64,000 bases of DNA from Azolla caroliniana (lineage: Eukaryota > Plantae > Polypodiophyta): NCBI GenBank assembly GCA_043228905.1, contig JBHGNT010000021.1, positions 1,736,001 through 1,800,000 of the forward strand, in the 5' to 3' direction. Both the position numbers and the translations under genes were made by a program. The notes beneath the pieces are model-generated. The model saw only the letters and a list, made by a program, of their open reading frames with translations, was not told where the DNA came from and ran no database searches. Of this stretch, positions 12,244 to 25,200 are shown piece after piece (position 1 is the stretch's first letter; every line of letters starts with the position of its first letter).

Positions 12244-13130
12244 CTATGGATGAATTGTACAAAGCAAAGCGAGTGAGGATACATACAAGAGAAGGAAGAG
12301 AGAGGAAGAGGAAGAGGAAGAGGAGGAAAGAGGAGGAAGAGAAGGAGGAAGAGGAGAAGGAGAAGGAGAAGGTGTAATAAATGAGAGATTATGACATGGT
12401 GAAGAGACCAGATGAAGAAGATGATGCTTGTCTTCGGTATCTTCATCTTGGGGTGGGATTAAGACCTTGATCTTGAGCTTTTGGCCAAGTGGGCAATGTT
12501 TGTTTGTGCCACAAATGTAGTAATAAGACCCTACCCTCTGCAATTCAATGCTCGTGTTCCCATCCTTGTGTTCTGCAATGGCATCATCAGCCTTGCATCT
12601 CTCATAGTCTTCCTTTCTCACCTCCACCACAGAATGGAACTCTGGTAAGTAATTGAACACTGCATACATAACATACATGGAACTCCAATAAGCAATTGAA
12701 CACTGCATACATAACATACATGGAACTCCAATAAGCAATTGAACACTACATACACAACATACATGGAACTCCAATAAGCAATTGAACACATACACAACAT
12801 ACATGGAACTCCAATAAGCAATTGAAAACTGCATACATACATAACATTCATACAATACATACATAACATTTACATTTACATAATATTACATTCATACAAT
12901 ACATACATAACATTTACATTTACATAATATTACATTCATACAATACATACATAACATCTACATACATGATACATATATACATACATACACTCATACGTAC
13001 AGACAGACAGAGAGATACATACAAACATATATACACACACATATGTATATACATACTATACTATACTATACATACATGTCTGCATGCTTGCCTGAGCCTT
13101 GCATACACACATACATATATACATACACTT

Positions 13131-13161
<31 letters not shown>

Positions 13162-13565
13162 CATACACCTATACATATGTACATACATACAGTTGTGCAT
13201 GCATGCATACATGGAAGTCTGCTTACTGTTCAATATTGCATACATACATTCTAACATGGAACATATACATAGAGAGAGAGAGAGAGAGAGTCTTTAGATT
13301 AACCTAGGGTGTCTCCAACATAAAAGGTGTAGTTGGATGCCCATAGAGTGTAGTTCACAATCCCAACAACCCAACCTTTGGTACCCCCTACAGTGAGGAG
13401 CTTGGTGGTTGTGGTGCTCATGCTGCTGGTGTTGGCCTCACATGAAGGTCTTATGGAAGAAGCATGGGTGCTGATGGTGATGGTGATGGTGATGGTGAAA
13501 AGGAAGGAGCTAGAGAGAATGTGAGTTAGAAAGAGAGAGTAGTGTGAGTGGAGACTGAGACCCAT
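12244..13565 (-). CDS. Phytocyanin (blue copper protein; stellacyanin/mavicyanin type) with signal peptide, Pro/Ser-rich stalk and hydrophobic GPI-like tail
   Basis: Exon 1 13565-13304 (GT donor) and exon 2 12659-12244 (CAG acceptor) join in phase 1. Translation: ...TVGGTKGWVVGIVNYTLWASNYTFYVGDTL|VFNYLPEFHSVVEVRKEDYERC...GNTSIELQRVGSYYYICGTNKHCPLGQKLKIKV. The predicted Cu ligands are His-Cys-His-Gln, and Gln as axial ligand indicates the stellacyanin type. The C-terminus is PSPSPSP...SSSSLFLLLYVSSLALLCTIHP*. Confidence 0.92.
12634..12845 (-). repeat. 43-bp tandem array (5 copies including the functional one) spanning the phytocyanin intron/exon-2 boundary
   Basis: The unit on the minus strand is GTATGTTATGTATGCAG|TGTTCAATTGCTTATTGGAGTTCCAT. 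The lowest-coordinate copy is the true acceptor plus the exon start. Confidence 0.93.
12845..13290. repeat. Low-complexity (TACA/CATA)-rich intron with a ~44-bp duplicated unit and an (AG)n tract
   Basis: CATTCATACAATACATACATAACATTTACATTTACATAATATTA is repeated, followed by a degenerate TACA microsatellite and (AG)n at ~13271-13290. Confidence 0.85.
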
Positions 13566-14082
13566 ATGACAAGAACAGGGGAGGAGAAAAATGCAAAGAG
13601 TTCCTTTCCTAGCTGTACATTATTTATGCACAACACCTCAAAACAACTGAATGCATATATGTATGCTGTCTCTAAGACACACTCCCACTTTTGACTTGGA
13701 ACTTCTATGTGGATACATTACATACATATCTCTCGATCATTTGATTCGACCGACACACACATCTTGGGTTCGAATCCCACCCCATCCCTCGACATGACAT
13801 TTTAACCCACTTGGTAAATTGTATAATCTTATTTTTATTGAACCCTCGACCTTCCAAGTTCCAACCACTTTAGAAGAAGAAGAAGAAGAAGAACCCATGA
13901 CCTTCTCCTCCCTAATCTCATCATATTGAACGTAGAATCCGAATATTGCAAAATTGAGTGTTCTATCCTTCTCCCAATGCATGGCTTTTAACATGAGAAC
14001 CTAAATTGCATACCCTCATTGAGTGCCCCTCTTCACAAAGCTCTTTTCCTCACACTTGTTTTATACCCTATCTATTGCTTTT

Positions 14083-14124
<42 letters not shown>

Positions 14125-15126
14125 ACGCACACACATCTACATTTGCTAGGCTTTAACTTTCAATGCAAGTTTAGTCTCTATTTCTATATGTCGACCATCC
14201 CATCAATATGTTAATGTGTGCGTGTGTGTGTGTAAAACTAGCTTTCACAACAAGCAATGCATTGCTCCTACAATAATACCAAGCTCACTTGTTATTTTCT
14301 TTCTACCAAGCCCCCCTTACCAAGCTTTTTAATATATGTACACACTTGTAATTTCCTTTATGCATAGAATCCGTACATATTTACTTTTCCGTCCTCGTCA
14401 CATTTGTAATTTTGGGAGTAGATAGGTAAAAGTATCACCTTTTGCTTGGATGAGTTATTTAGTTGTGGAAACAACCATGAAGATGTGTACGGTAGAGCAA
14501 GAAGATGCCCTCTTCATTTGAGCATATGTAATGCTATGGGGAGAGAACATAAATTTCCACGCAAAAACAATGACATTTTGATGATTTATCCACATACTTA
14601 TTTGAATTACACATACTTCATGTAGATGAGTGCACAAAATCTCTATTTTTATTTTAAGTACATACAACCTGATCAATGGGTAAGCCATGGTGTAGAAGTA
14701 ATAGATTAGTTGATTGATCATGATCAACAATGCAAATAAGCCATCTGAAGTTGTTTATTGATAATGTCATTTCACAATATGCCCAAAACATTAGATGGCA
14801 TATTTTAAGTGTGTCGTATCCTCTTTATCTACGGATAAAGTAATTATGTACATCCAAATGCCTTCTTGGAAAAAGGTTCCTCCACAACCATTCCAAGAGA
14901 AGTACCATATGTGAGATTTAGACTAGCTACATGTAGGCAACCTCGTAGGTTATCTCACTACTTCATTCAACTAACATTTATTATGTTTATATAGTCTACC
15001 ATTAGCTCAATCCATTTTGATTTCTTTCTCCAACAAGGCCTAACTAGAAGTCGTGTAAAAAGTCATGGAAATTTATTCATACACCAACCTACTTTACAAT
15101 AATTCCTAAACTTCTACTTGTAAAGT

Positions 15127-15277
15127 GAGGCCACCTACACACATGTTTTGCGAGCAGGAGAGAATATAGGATTATTCGAGATCAAAGAGTCTAAGCAAAA
15201 GAGGCCACCTATGCACACATGTTTTGTGAGTAGGAGAGAATATAGGACTATTCGACAACAAAGAGTCTAAGCCAAAG
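15127..15277. repeat. Tandem duplication, ~74-bp unit x2
   Basis: GAGGCCACCTA..CACACATGTTTTG.GAG.AGGAGAGAATATAGGA.TATTCGA...CAAAGAGTCTAAGC occurs twice. Confidence 0.88.
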
Positions 15278-17876
15278 ACCAGTTCTATACTTGATTATGC
15301 ATGGGTCAAATTTGAGTGGAAGAAAAATGTATCCATGGAGGAGAGTTGAGAAAAACAATCCTCCGTAGTCATACAAAGATTAGTGCACCACAAAAGGATG
15401 TGATTCTTTCTTGATGTTAATTTAGGAAATACATTCCCTTAGTTTAACATTCGCGGTGAATGATATTGATAGTAAACTTAGAAATGAGAACCAATTTACT
15501 CTTCAACACATATACTTTCCTCATAACACTCGAGTAAGTCTACAAAGTCGGTCCTCGTAAGGAACCATATTTATTGTGGATATGCAGATCCCAATACTTT
15601 TGCTTGCTAGCAATCCCTTTTTTGGTAGTTATGGCATTCAAAACAATGAAATAAATATATCTATCTCACAAATCCCATCAAATTAATATTATTGCATTGA
15701 TTTCAAAAGCAAATCCCGAGGTTCATTCTTATGATCATACTTCCACATGGGATTCGTGCGACTCATTAGACACAAGAGCCAATAAAAATGAACTCCTATG
15801 GGCATAATACAAGCCAATACAAGATTTAATATAATATTATGAGCTACAAGAATCACATTGCAAAGCCACGAGATATTTTATACATTTAAAAGGGCTATCC
15901 TAGTTTTCTAGTCATTGTATGTTTGATTGAAACAAAAATATGCAATTGAAACTCCGAATCAAAAGCTTGTATATAATTAAGCTCTGGATGATATTTATAT
16001 AATTATAATATCATTTGGAAATCCTCTAAAGTCATCATATCCAACAAAGGATTATAGACTGGGTTGTTTTGATACACCTTGCACTAACCTCAAGGACTTC
16101 GTCATGGTGCTCATAGAGAAGAGAGAAGCACATCTCTATTAAAGCAATATAGAGCATTAACTAATGATACTAAAATGTGACTTGGGCCATAAGGAAATCA
16201 TTCCTTATTGGCATGTCAACCAAGTCGATCCAAAACATCAACTTGGCCCACAAATCTAACCAAATTAAAATTTCTTGTTTTTTTTGCATGAAAACCCCTT
16301 GTTGAACTTTTGATGCTTGCAAAATGGGAACTTAAAAGAGCTCAATATGATGTTATGTATAACATTTTCTATTAAGTGCGCATTTATTCACATGAAAAAA
16401 GTGAATTTTGAGTTCAAAAGATCATTTTTAGGCTTTACAAGGCCATTTGAAACAAAACTAACATTTTTTCATCAAAGACCCATCTTTTCGATCAAACATA
16501 GTTTTTTTTTTCCAAAAAAAAACACTACTTCGCATTAGTTAGCAAACCAATTACATCATAGACCACCAAAAAATCATCAACCCTCACTCTAGCCTTCTCA
16601 CCAAATTGGTCATAGTCCCCACCTCATTTTCAACAAAAGTATCCCAACAACTCTTATAACCTAGTAATTTGTACCATATCTATACATATTTACAACACCT
16701 GGTCCCTGATGGAAGCCATTGGCGGAAACAACCATCGGGGTGCTTGGTAGTTCCATTCAGGCCCTAATGATGATCTGCCCACCAGAGGAGATCTACCCCC
16801 ATTTCAACAGGAACTTTGACCGCGCTCTTTTAGCTGAATCAGATTCCACTTGAATCGAATCGTACCGTCCCTGCAACCAAGATACTAGCTCAAACAAGAT
16901 ATTTAACAACACCTCATCGCTAGGCCTTATTATATGAGTTTGTGATATCCAACATAAATAAATAAAATTGACCACCATTGATACATCACATAAAATAAAA
17001 AGCTGGTAAACCATGATCTAATGGTTCATGTTCTATTTCCATTAACAACTTGGCCCCCTTTTTGAGTCATACAGAAATATGTGATTTCCATTGTTGTAAA
17101 CAACAAGATTCAATGGACAACAATTTTGGCTTCATTAAGATAATTGTTCAATTGAAAGAATAGATGAGGATGGGCTAGCAATGGGGAAATAAATTCATTT
17201 GGTGATGTCCTAATGAAGACATATCAAGATTCAAGTATAGTTATATCGACTACACATATTTTTTATGTCAATTAATGAGGCACCATATCAATAAAAAATC
17301 CCATGTCTATAAAGTAACAATATAGTCATTTACCTTTCATGCAATCTTCCCCTCATCTCATCTAAGAACTCAAAGATTGACAAGATGATCAATATTGTTA
17401 TGATATTTTAAAGAACTTTTTTGACCTGAATCCTCTCTTTCAATTATCTCGGTCCGATGCAAGTTGGTTTCTTTCTAATACACACCAAACAAGTTTGCCA
17501 CTAAAGCTTCATCAACGTTTTACTCCGTGGTTGGTATGCTTCAACAAAATCAAAGTCTATCTCCCTCTCCCTCTCTCTCTCTCTAAAAGTATGTTTGTAT
17601 TGACGAACATGACAATACAAAAAGCCCTTGCTATCTCAACTATATGTAGTTTTGAGGTTCTTGCAACAACGTAAATCGTCTATTTCACTCATTTTTGGCT
17701 GTTAGTACAGGATCGCGGTAATCAGTGAGATGGCAATAGGGTCAACGAGATGCTCCGGATATGGGTTGAGTTAAGAAGATATTATGGTTCTCATAGGTTG
17801 CGAGATGATGGCAATGGGATTTCAAGCATGTTTGTCACGACAAGAGGATGAGTGGTGTTGGTGTGAGGACTGAAGA

Positions 17877-18170
17877 AGATCATGAGGGGACGAGGAATGA
17901 TTTTTCACTTATTTTGTTGTTAATTGCACAGGACATTAGTGGTATTCGGCGAGATGGTTGGTGGACTAAATGAAGAAATTTGTCTGTTTTTAGGAGTGAT
18001 GATGGGTGGGGGAACCGAAGCAGATCATGAGGGGATAATGAATCATTTTTCACTTATTTTGTTGTTAATTGCACAAGACATTGGTGGTATTCGGCGAGAT
18101 GGTTGATGTGGATTGAATGAAGCAATTTGTCTGATTTTAGGAGTGAAGATGGTGTGGGGATCGAAGTAGA
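17877..18170. repeat. Tandem duplication, ~146-bp unit x2
   Basis: AGATCATGAGGGGA...TTTTTCACTTATTTTGTTGTTAATTGCACA.GACATT.GTGGTATTCGGCGAGATGGTTG occurs twice. Confidence 0.88.
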
Positions 18171-21100
18171 TAGTGTGAGGTGTGGAGGACATAGTTCATC
18201 TTGTTTATAGGGAGATTATTACAAGTACATTTTCAATTTTCGTGGAGATGGACATGGTCATTTTGATTTGGGAGATGATACATGGGGGCTATCCAAGGCA
18301 ACCCATCACGTTTTACCCAAGCATCAGGTGCATCATGGACTACTTTGGTGTCTTCAACTGTTGTGTACAAAACATTTGTCAAATAGCATCACCCTAATGG
18401 ACAGTCAGGTGATGGTGAACAACTTCAGTATAGGCGGAATCAAAGACATACATGGAGTTTTTAGACTACTAGCCAGGGTGGACAGCCGAGATATATTGAC
18501 TAGGATTACCACCAAGATATGTAAAGATATGTATTCTCTTTGACCGCAAGAATTTGTTTATAGGTTGAGAATGGGTCTTGTTGGCAAAGGTTGAGAGAGT
18601 TTTCATGGATATAATTAGCCTTATCTTGCCAAAGGCCATCGTTTATATTTGGTCTTTTTTTTTATAGACACTCGTGGAGTGGAAACTATTATGTACAAAT
18701 TGTAGATTGCCTTTGGCATTGTTAATTTTAATACCAATGGAGTATAGTTTTTGTGGAACGTAAATCGTCTATTGTATTGTAATACTAAATGACATAAAGA
18801 TAATTGTAGTGAGGACAAGTGCCCGAAGAGTATAGTTGTGAAAAATACCATATCAACTTTCCTTTTAGCCAATGTATTGTTGTAGTTTATCAAAGAAGAA
18901 TCCATTTCTTAGGCTCCAATATCTCAATACCCATTTCGTAGAGTATAGCTATAAAAACTACAAAATCAAGTTTCCATTGAGCCTATGTATTTGTTGTGGT
19001 ACTCCACGAAGTCCATCAAAGGATAACCCATTTCTTGGGCTCCAATATCCCAATACCTAAGATAATCAAATAAAACCTCATGTGATGGGGGAAAGTAGAG
19101 CTCAATCACCTTTAATGAAAACTCATTTAAAGGTGACAAAACCATCCCAGTTAATGATGCCCAAAGTTGTGACAAAACAACCCAAATGGCTTCAACAACT
19201 CCGCATGCAATGGATGTGTATGGCATCACCATCAACCATTGTATTAAGGAAATTGTGTACCATCTAAAATATGTCTTTGTTTATTGTGTGACGTGTCTCC
19301 TCTCGTATATGGCTTGATCATTACCATTGAATATGTACATATAGAAGGCCCAGGAAATCTAGCACTCGCTAGGAATGTGATCTTCAAGGTATTAAGCTTG
19401 AAATGCTCGAAATCGAAAAAAAGGGAACAAATGCTTGAATATGTAATAAACTTAATTATGCACTTCAATAATGTAGAATCCCTCATGATTGGAGTACATA
19501 TTGTATCAACCCTTTACACAAAGAGGGAGATATGATTAATGTAAAAAATTATATGAAAATCATGGCTTATTCTTCTATGCTAGAATTATTTAGATATATT
19601 TTGGAAAAAAACAAAGTGTATGGAACGAAGAGAATTGAAAGAAGGCAAGCAAGACAAACAAGTTTCAAAAACATCATGACACTAGTGATCACCTTGAATT
19701 TCTCGAGGAAAGTCATTTGGAAGGTAAACAACTACCATTTGTTGTTTTCTAGAGTTCAAAAACGTAGTTAATGGTGCCTTGCAAGCACGACTTTGGAGAC
19801 GAATGAAAGAATTCGCAAGTTCCAACTAAATACACACTCGCAATTTCTTGCATCTATGAAAAGATAATATATGCATATTAAGTTGAACGTTCATAAAATT
19901 TCCCTGGACTAAAACAAGTGGGGAGACGAGGTATTGTGTGTCTCGCATTAAATTGCATGAACTCACTCATAACATTCACATGTACACTCATCTAACAAAG
20001 CTTATGGATGGTCAAACCTACACATACAAAACTAAGATCACAAGATACAAAAAGAACAACTTGTTGGCATATCATAACACAATAGGAAATCATCAAGGGA
20101 GAAGGCCTCTAGTTGATAGCAAAATTGTTTGGAAACTGTCTATGATGCACACTATAAAACAAGCATTCTCCTAACGTTTTTGATAGAATATATTTGTCTA
20201 AGGTTGTGGGACCAGAATACTTTGCAATAATATCAGTATAGTTATTGGCATGAAGCGGTGAGTTCGAGTCTTTGTTGATTCCTTTATACATGTTGGTTTC
20301 TTTGTAACCATGCAAATTGGCTTGTAATATATGAGTTGTATATTATCCTACATACATTGTCTTAACTCATGGAAGTAGTAATTTTATTTTTGGAAAATAA
20401 AATAAAAATATCAGTATAGTTATTGGCATTTCCTCACATAATTCCTTAGATCCAAATTATTATTAACTTATTATTATCATTTATCAAACATCCTCTAAAC
20501 GTTAAAAAGGATGAAACCATAGTGGACAAATAAATGGCATGCGCCTTTCAATATTTAGAACAATGTAATTCAATGAGAAAAAACGTCATGTGTAAATTAT
20601 GCATTGAGCAAAAAGAGGAGAAATATATAAGAAATATCCAACCCTAACAATAACAAACTCTCGAGTGCACTAACATTGTGGTGAGAGTTTTACATACAAA
20701 TAGAATTTTAGATGTTTATACTTGTATAATAAGTGGGCATATGTTTGTAGGGCTTTTTCCAAGATTCCTTAGGATAAAAAGTAAGGGCTATGCTCCCTCT
20801 CAACATTTTGGGAATCCCAAGAAAACATCGTCCCCTATACACTATCCATCTCATCTCCTTGGAGTAATGGCTCTTTCCTGCTATTCTCAACAAAAGACCC
20901 TTGCAAACTTCACGTATGTACTAGAAAGTGTTGTAAGGCTTGCCAAACAACCAGATTATTTTTCTTCGCAAAGAAAAAGAAATTTGTACGCTAGTTTCCT
21001 CTAGTTGGAAATGTCATGAAATAATTTCAATCATTGTTTGATTTGGAAATTTGCCCCTCTACCCATGCAATGATTTCTTGCATTTACTGCTTTATCCTTC

Positions 21101-21196
21101 TCTAGCATTATCCATGTGATGACGTTGTCTTAATAGATTTTTTTCTCTATTTCTTGGGACGTGCCTCAAATGCTAAGTTTGCTCCCTTTTACCTAC

Positions 21197-21201
<5 letters not shown>

Positions 21202-21238
<37 letters not shown>
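21202..21238. repeat. (TG)n microsatellite
   Basis: Perfect TG run. Confidence 0.95.
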
Positions 21239-21247
<9 letters not shown>

Positions 21248-21855
21248 CGTACGTACGTATGTATTCCATGTTTTCCACACCTAATATCTCCAAAATCTAA
21301 TGTTAGAATCTATCTACAAACAATAGCTCCCCAATCATGTAATCAATTTCATCTCCTTTACTTTAGATGTTCATAATCAATGCCTACATATCTATTTGGC
21401 ATGATGGATAATCCATGAAATTACTTCATTTCTAAGTGAACTTAAGTATCTTCCCCCAAAAAACCCCAATTAAGCACTCTTGCTATTAATAGGTTTCTAT
21501 CATAGATATAAGTGCAGAAACACTAACATTTAACTCTTCCATAAAATAGTGCCGAATTCTAGGAATATGCATGCCTTAGCAGCAACACTACTTGTAGATG
21601 TTAGGAACATCTATTCCATGATGCAGTGCATTCTAGCTGTTTCAAGTTCACGACACCAAAACATAGCATGTTTCCACATATATCGTACCATCACATACCA
21701 CTTTTATGTTCAGACAGTCTTGAGCATTATCCAAATTTGCCAAAGAAGAGGAACAGAGCTCTCACTGTCTCACATGCATTAAGAATATAGCCAACCAATT
21801 GATGCATATTACTATAACAGCTTCACTTAATATTGGCTAAAAAGCTGCAATAAAC

Positions 21856-22075
21856 TAAACTCTCATCTATGTATCCAATCATTTTTATATAGATGTACTA
21901 CAAATGGGGACATTCCAAAATTCAGAATAATCATCTTGCTTCTTTTTTTCTTAAAACACTACACTATTAAACTCTCATTCGTGCATCCAATCTTTTACGT
22001 GGAAGTAGCACAAATGGAGGCTTTTCCAAAAGTTCAGATTGATCACCTTGCTTCATCTTTTTTTAGACTCTACAC
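21856..22075. repeat. Diverged tandem duplication (~112-bp unit x2) downstream of the DUF179 gene
   Basis: TAAACTCTCAT...ATCCAATC...ACAAATGG...TTCCAAAA.TTCAGA...TTGCTTC occurs twice. Confidence 0.7.
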
Positions 22076-22261
22076 ACGAAGCTTAGTAAACAATTGAAAA
22101 ACACAACCACAAGAAGCTTGGCCCAAATTTGTCTATCTTAGCAATTATGGGTCAGTTGTAGATTAATGACTCCTTGGATACCTAAGGATCTTCGAAGAGA
22201 ATATAGCTACATACAGTCATTATTCTTCCAAGATTGATAATACATTTTATTTTTATTTTTA

Positions 22262-25200
22262 TCATATTAGGCCACTATCCCGAGGCTTTCTGCTAAGCTC
22301 AGCATAATGTCCACCCATCAGCCACAGAACTTTCTGCCAAAGTTTGTCAGTTGATGTGATTCGGAGGACAGTTGAGCTACAAGAAGCCACATACCAATAC
22401 CCTGCTTCGATCTCGTTCACCAACTGATCAAGGCCCCATCCTGAGTACCCAATAAAATAACGAAAATCATTTGTTTTAACTACTCCACCTTTCATCAATC
22501 GTGCTGCATTTGGTAGCTTATCCACGGCAATATGAGAAATGCCAGGAATGATCTCTTCAAATTGCTTATACACCTTTCCTTCTTGCAACAACAAAAGCAA
22601 CTCAGATTCCAGTGGTCCACCATAAAAGTACTCACAATTCCCAAACACGTTGGCCAGTGTTTTATTCTCATGATCAAGCTCCTTTATAGTCTGGGAGGTG
22701 GGACGGTTGAGAATAACTCCGAATGGACCCTCTCTTGGTTTGTTGGATCCGGAACGAAGCAACAAGATAACAGTTCGCTCAAAGTCGATTTGTCCATCTA
22801 GTTTATCGGTGGCGACGAGTAGACATCCAGCCTCGGGGGCATGAAGTGGATGGGCCCAAGACTTTCCAAGAGTGATTGCTGGAATGCTCGTTCCAGATGA
22901 CACTTGGCTTGGATCGACTAATGATGTTTGCTCGCCTGCTACTAACCGTGCTCGAAATGTACGCCAATCGGATTCATTAATAGATCCTCTGCTCTTGCTT
23001 CTTCCTTGAAGACCACACTTTTCATCTGCCATAGCTGCTGCAGAATCATAATTTTTTTCTGGCACTTCTTCCTCTTGTTTTGCTTCTTCTCCTTCTCCTT
23101 CTCCTGATGGAGTATGCCCAGTGTTTTGGTTTTTTGAACCCTGACAAAGAATGTGATAATCTGGTACCCCCCAACAGAAGTGAGTATTTCGTTTTAAAAA
23201 TCAAGAAATGTGCTCAACATATACTAGAGTTCACGTGTTTCTTATATAGGCTGCAATATATCAAAACAAAGTACATAAATTAACCATGTCTATTACAATA
23301 ACAAAACAACAACAGCATACTATCCAGGACACTTCACAAGACTGTCCATTTGTCAATGCTGCGTGCATAGAAAGCATGGTGAGTTTGTTGGCACCCACTT
23401 TTGCAACAAACAAATAATGCATTGATGTGTGCAAACCCAAGGGGCAAGGGCATTTGAACAGTGCCAACTTGAAATTTCAATGACTCTTTGAGTTGTGGGT
23501 TCAATTTTATCCCATAAGTGTGTGTGAATCTCTAAGAAAAATAGAATACTTTTCTATATCACAGTCATTAGTAAGTTACGACAGTAGCCAATGTAAAACC
23601 AATACTTTGTGTCGCTAATGGAGCTAAACAACCAGGAGATTTGGAGTGCTGTATACAGGAAACAGCACAGTGATCATGGATAGCATTCGGCTCTGCGATT
23701 TTTCCCTCAATGCTTAGTAAACCATGAACAACAAACACTACTCCTTTAACTTATTAGTTTTCAATTTCGCTCGCCCATAACCATATGGGACTGGTATTGT
23801 GAGCATGTGATCAAATGAAGAAACCAACATGAACTGTTCCATGCATCAACGAGAAACAAGGTGATGTTAACACCTCCTTTTGGTGTTATTTGGCTAGAAA
23901 ACATTATAGCTCTTTCAGAAAATATCTGCCAAACTAGTTCATTATCAACTGAAAACTGACAAAACTAGTTCCCTATATCCTAAAGACATATCTTACACTT
24001 TCTTAGTTTTTTGTTTCAAATGTGTCCCAAAATTAGCATCTTCTATTTCCTTTCTGAGTTTTGGAAACATGGAAACATGTGTTTTCAGACATTTCCCTGT
24101 CTGAATATCGTGAAGGTCTCAACAGACAGACATGTTTAGAAGGAACCCCATCAAATAAGACATGCTTCTGTTGTAGTCAAGGTACTGTTCTCCAAGAAAT
24201 CTTGGATTCTATCATCTAAGGAGTACCAAAGATTAGGATTAACAGAACAATGAGATTAACAGCAAGAACATATTGATGGTTAATAAAACTAGAATAGCAA
24301 TGAGAATATAGATGCCGTTGAAATTTGTCATAACACTGTAAAACCATTGTAGCTTATGGGTCAAAACTTGTATTTCTGTATGCTTAACATCATTTGCAGA
24401 TAACAAGGCTGAAATAAGCCCAATCCTGTGAAGCACTGTTCCAGATGTCTCTTAATGAAAAGTATAGAAAAAGGAATAAATTACAGCACTAGTGCGGCAA
24501 CCCCATATAATTCACCTTTTTAAAAGGGAGTCAGCAGCTAACTCGAATCCCCAAAACCCAGAAGGCAAATATGCCATATGAAGCAAAACACCATCCCACG
24601 GACCATTGATGAGATAAAGCAGGGTCTATCATATACAATCACAATTCTGTACCGATCAAGCAAGTAGCTTGTCAACAGTAGATAGCAGTATTTATACTGT
24701 GACAAGTGGTGCAACTTCTCGGATCACAATTCTGTGTGCACATCTTTGTTTCCTTATTTCGCACCTAGTACAAACGTGAATAGCAGTGCTTATACAGCTA
24801 AGTTGGGCACAACATCCAGAAAGACATGTCCAGCTTCTAGGATTATGAGGAATTTTCCATTCTGTGTGTAGATTTTTGTTACCTTATTTCAGGTTTATAT
24901 CGCTCGCATTAAGAAAGTACACATATCGGCAATCTGTTCGTATGAGATGAAAACCCCTTCAAACGGATGCCTGCTTTGCAGAAGGCTTTGTCAGTTTGAG
25001 CCAAGCACTTTCGTGACGGAAACCAATAAGAAATCATTTTGATCATTTTTCATGACACATGCATGTGAGCAAAGGGGGGAGACAACAAAAAGAATCAGAT
25101 ATCCAATGGAGACTATCCGTTGGAAGAGCGAAGCTGAGAAAATGTGCATGTCTGAGAACAGTGATAGAAGAAGAGGTGGGGTATATTCTATAGACAGTTA

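Noticed and set aside
12634-12845. Regularly spaced direct repeats as a CRISPR-like array
   Set aside because: There are no unique spacers (the whole unit repeats), the context is a eukaryotic intron, and no cas genes are present.
12966-13307. His/Tyr/Thr/Ile-rich plus-strand ORFs
   Set aside because: They derive from low-complexity TACA intron sequence on the antisense strand.
13755-13795. GGTTCGAATCCC B-box (and a similar GGTTCAAATCC at ~31311) suggesting a tRNA gene
   Set aside because: No cloverleaf, acceptor stem or clear A-box is visible; at most these are decayed SINE-like relics.
18180-21100. Scattered 60-108-aa ORFs in the long intergenic region
   Set aside because: They have no recognisable motifs or consistent splice structure; this is probably unclassifiable TE debris.
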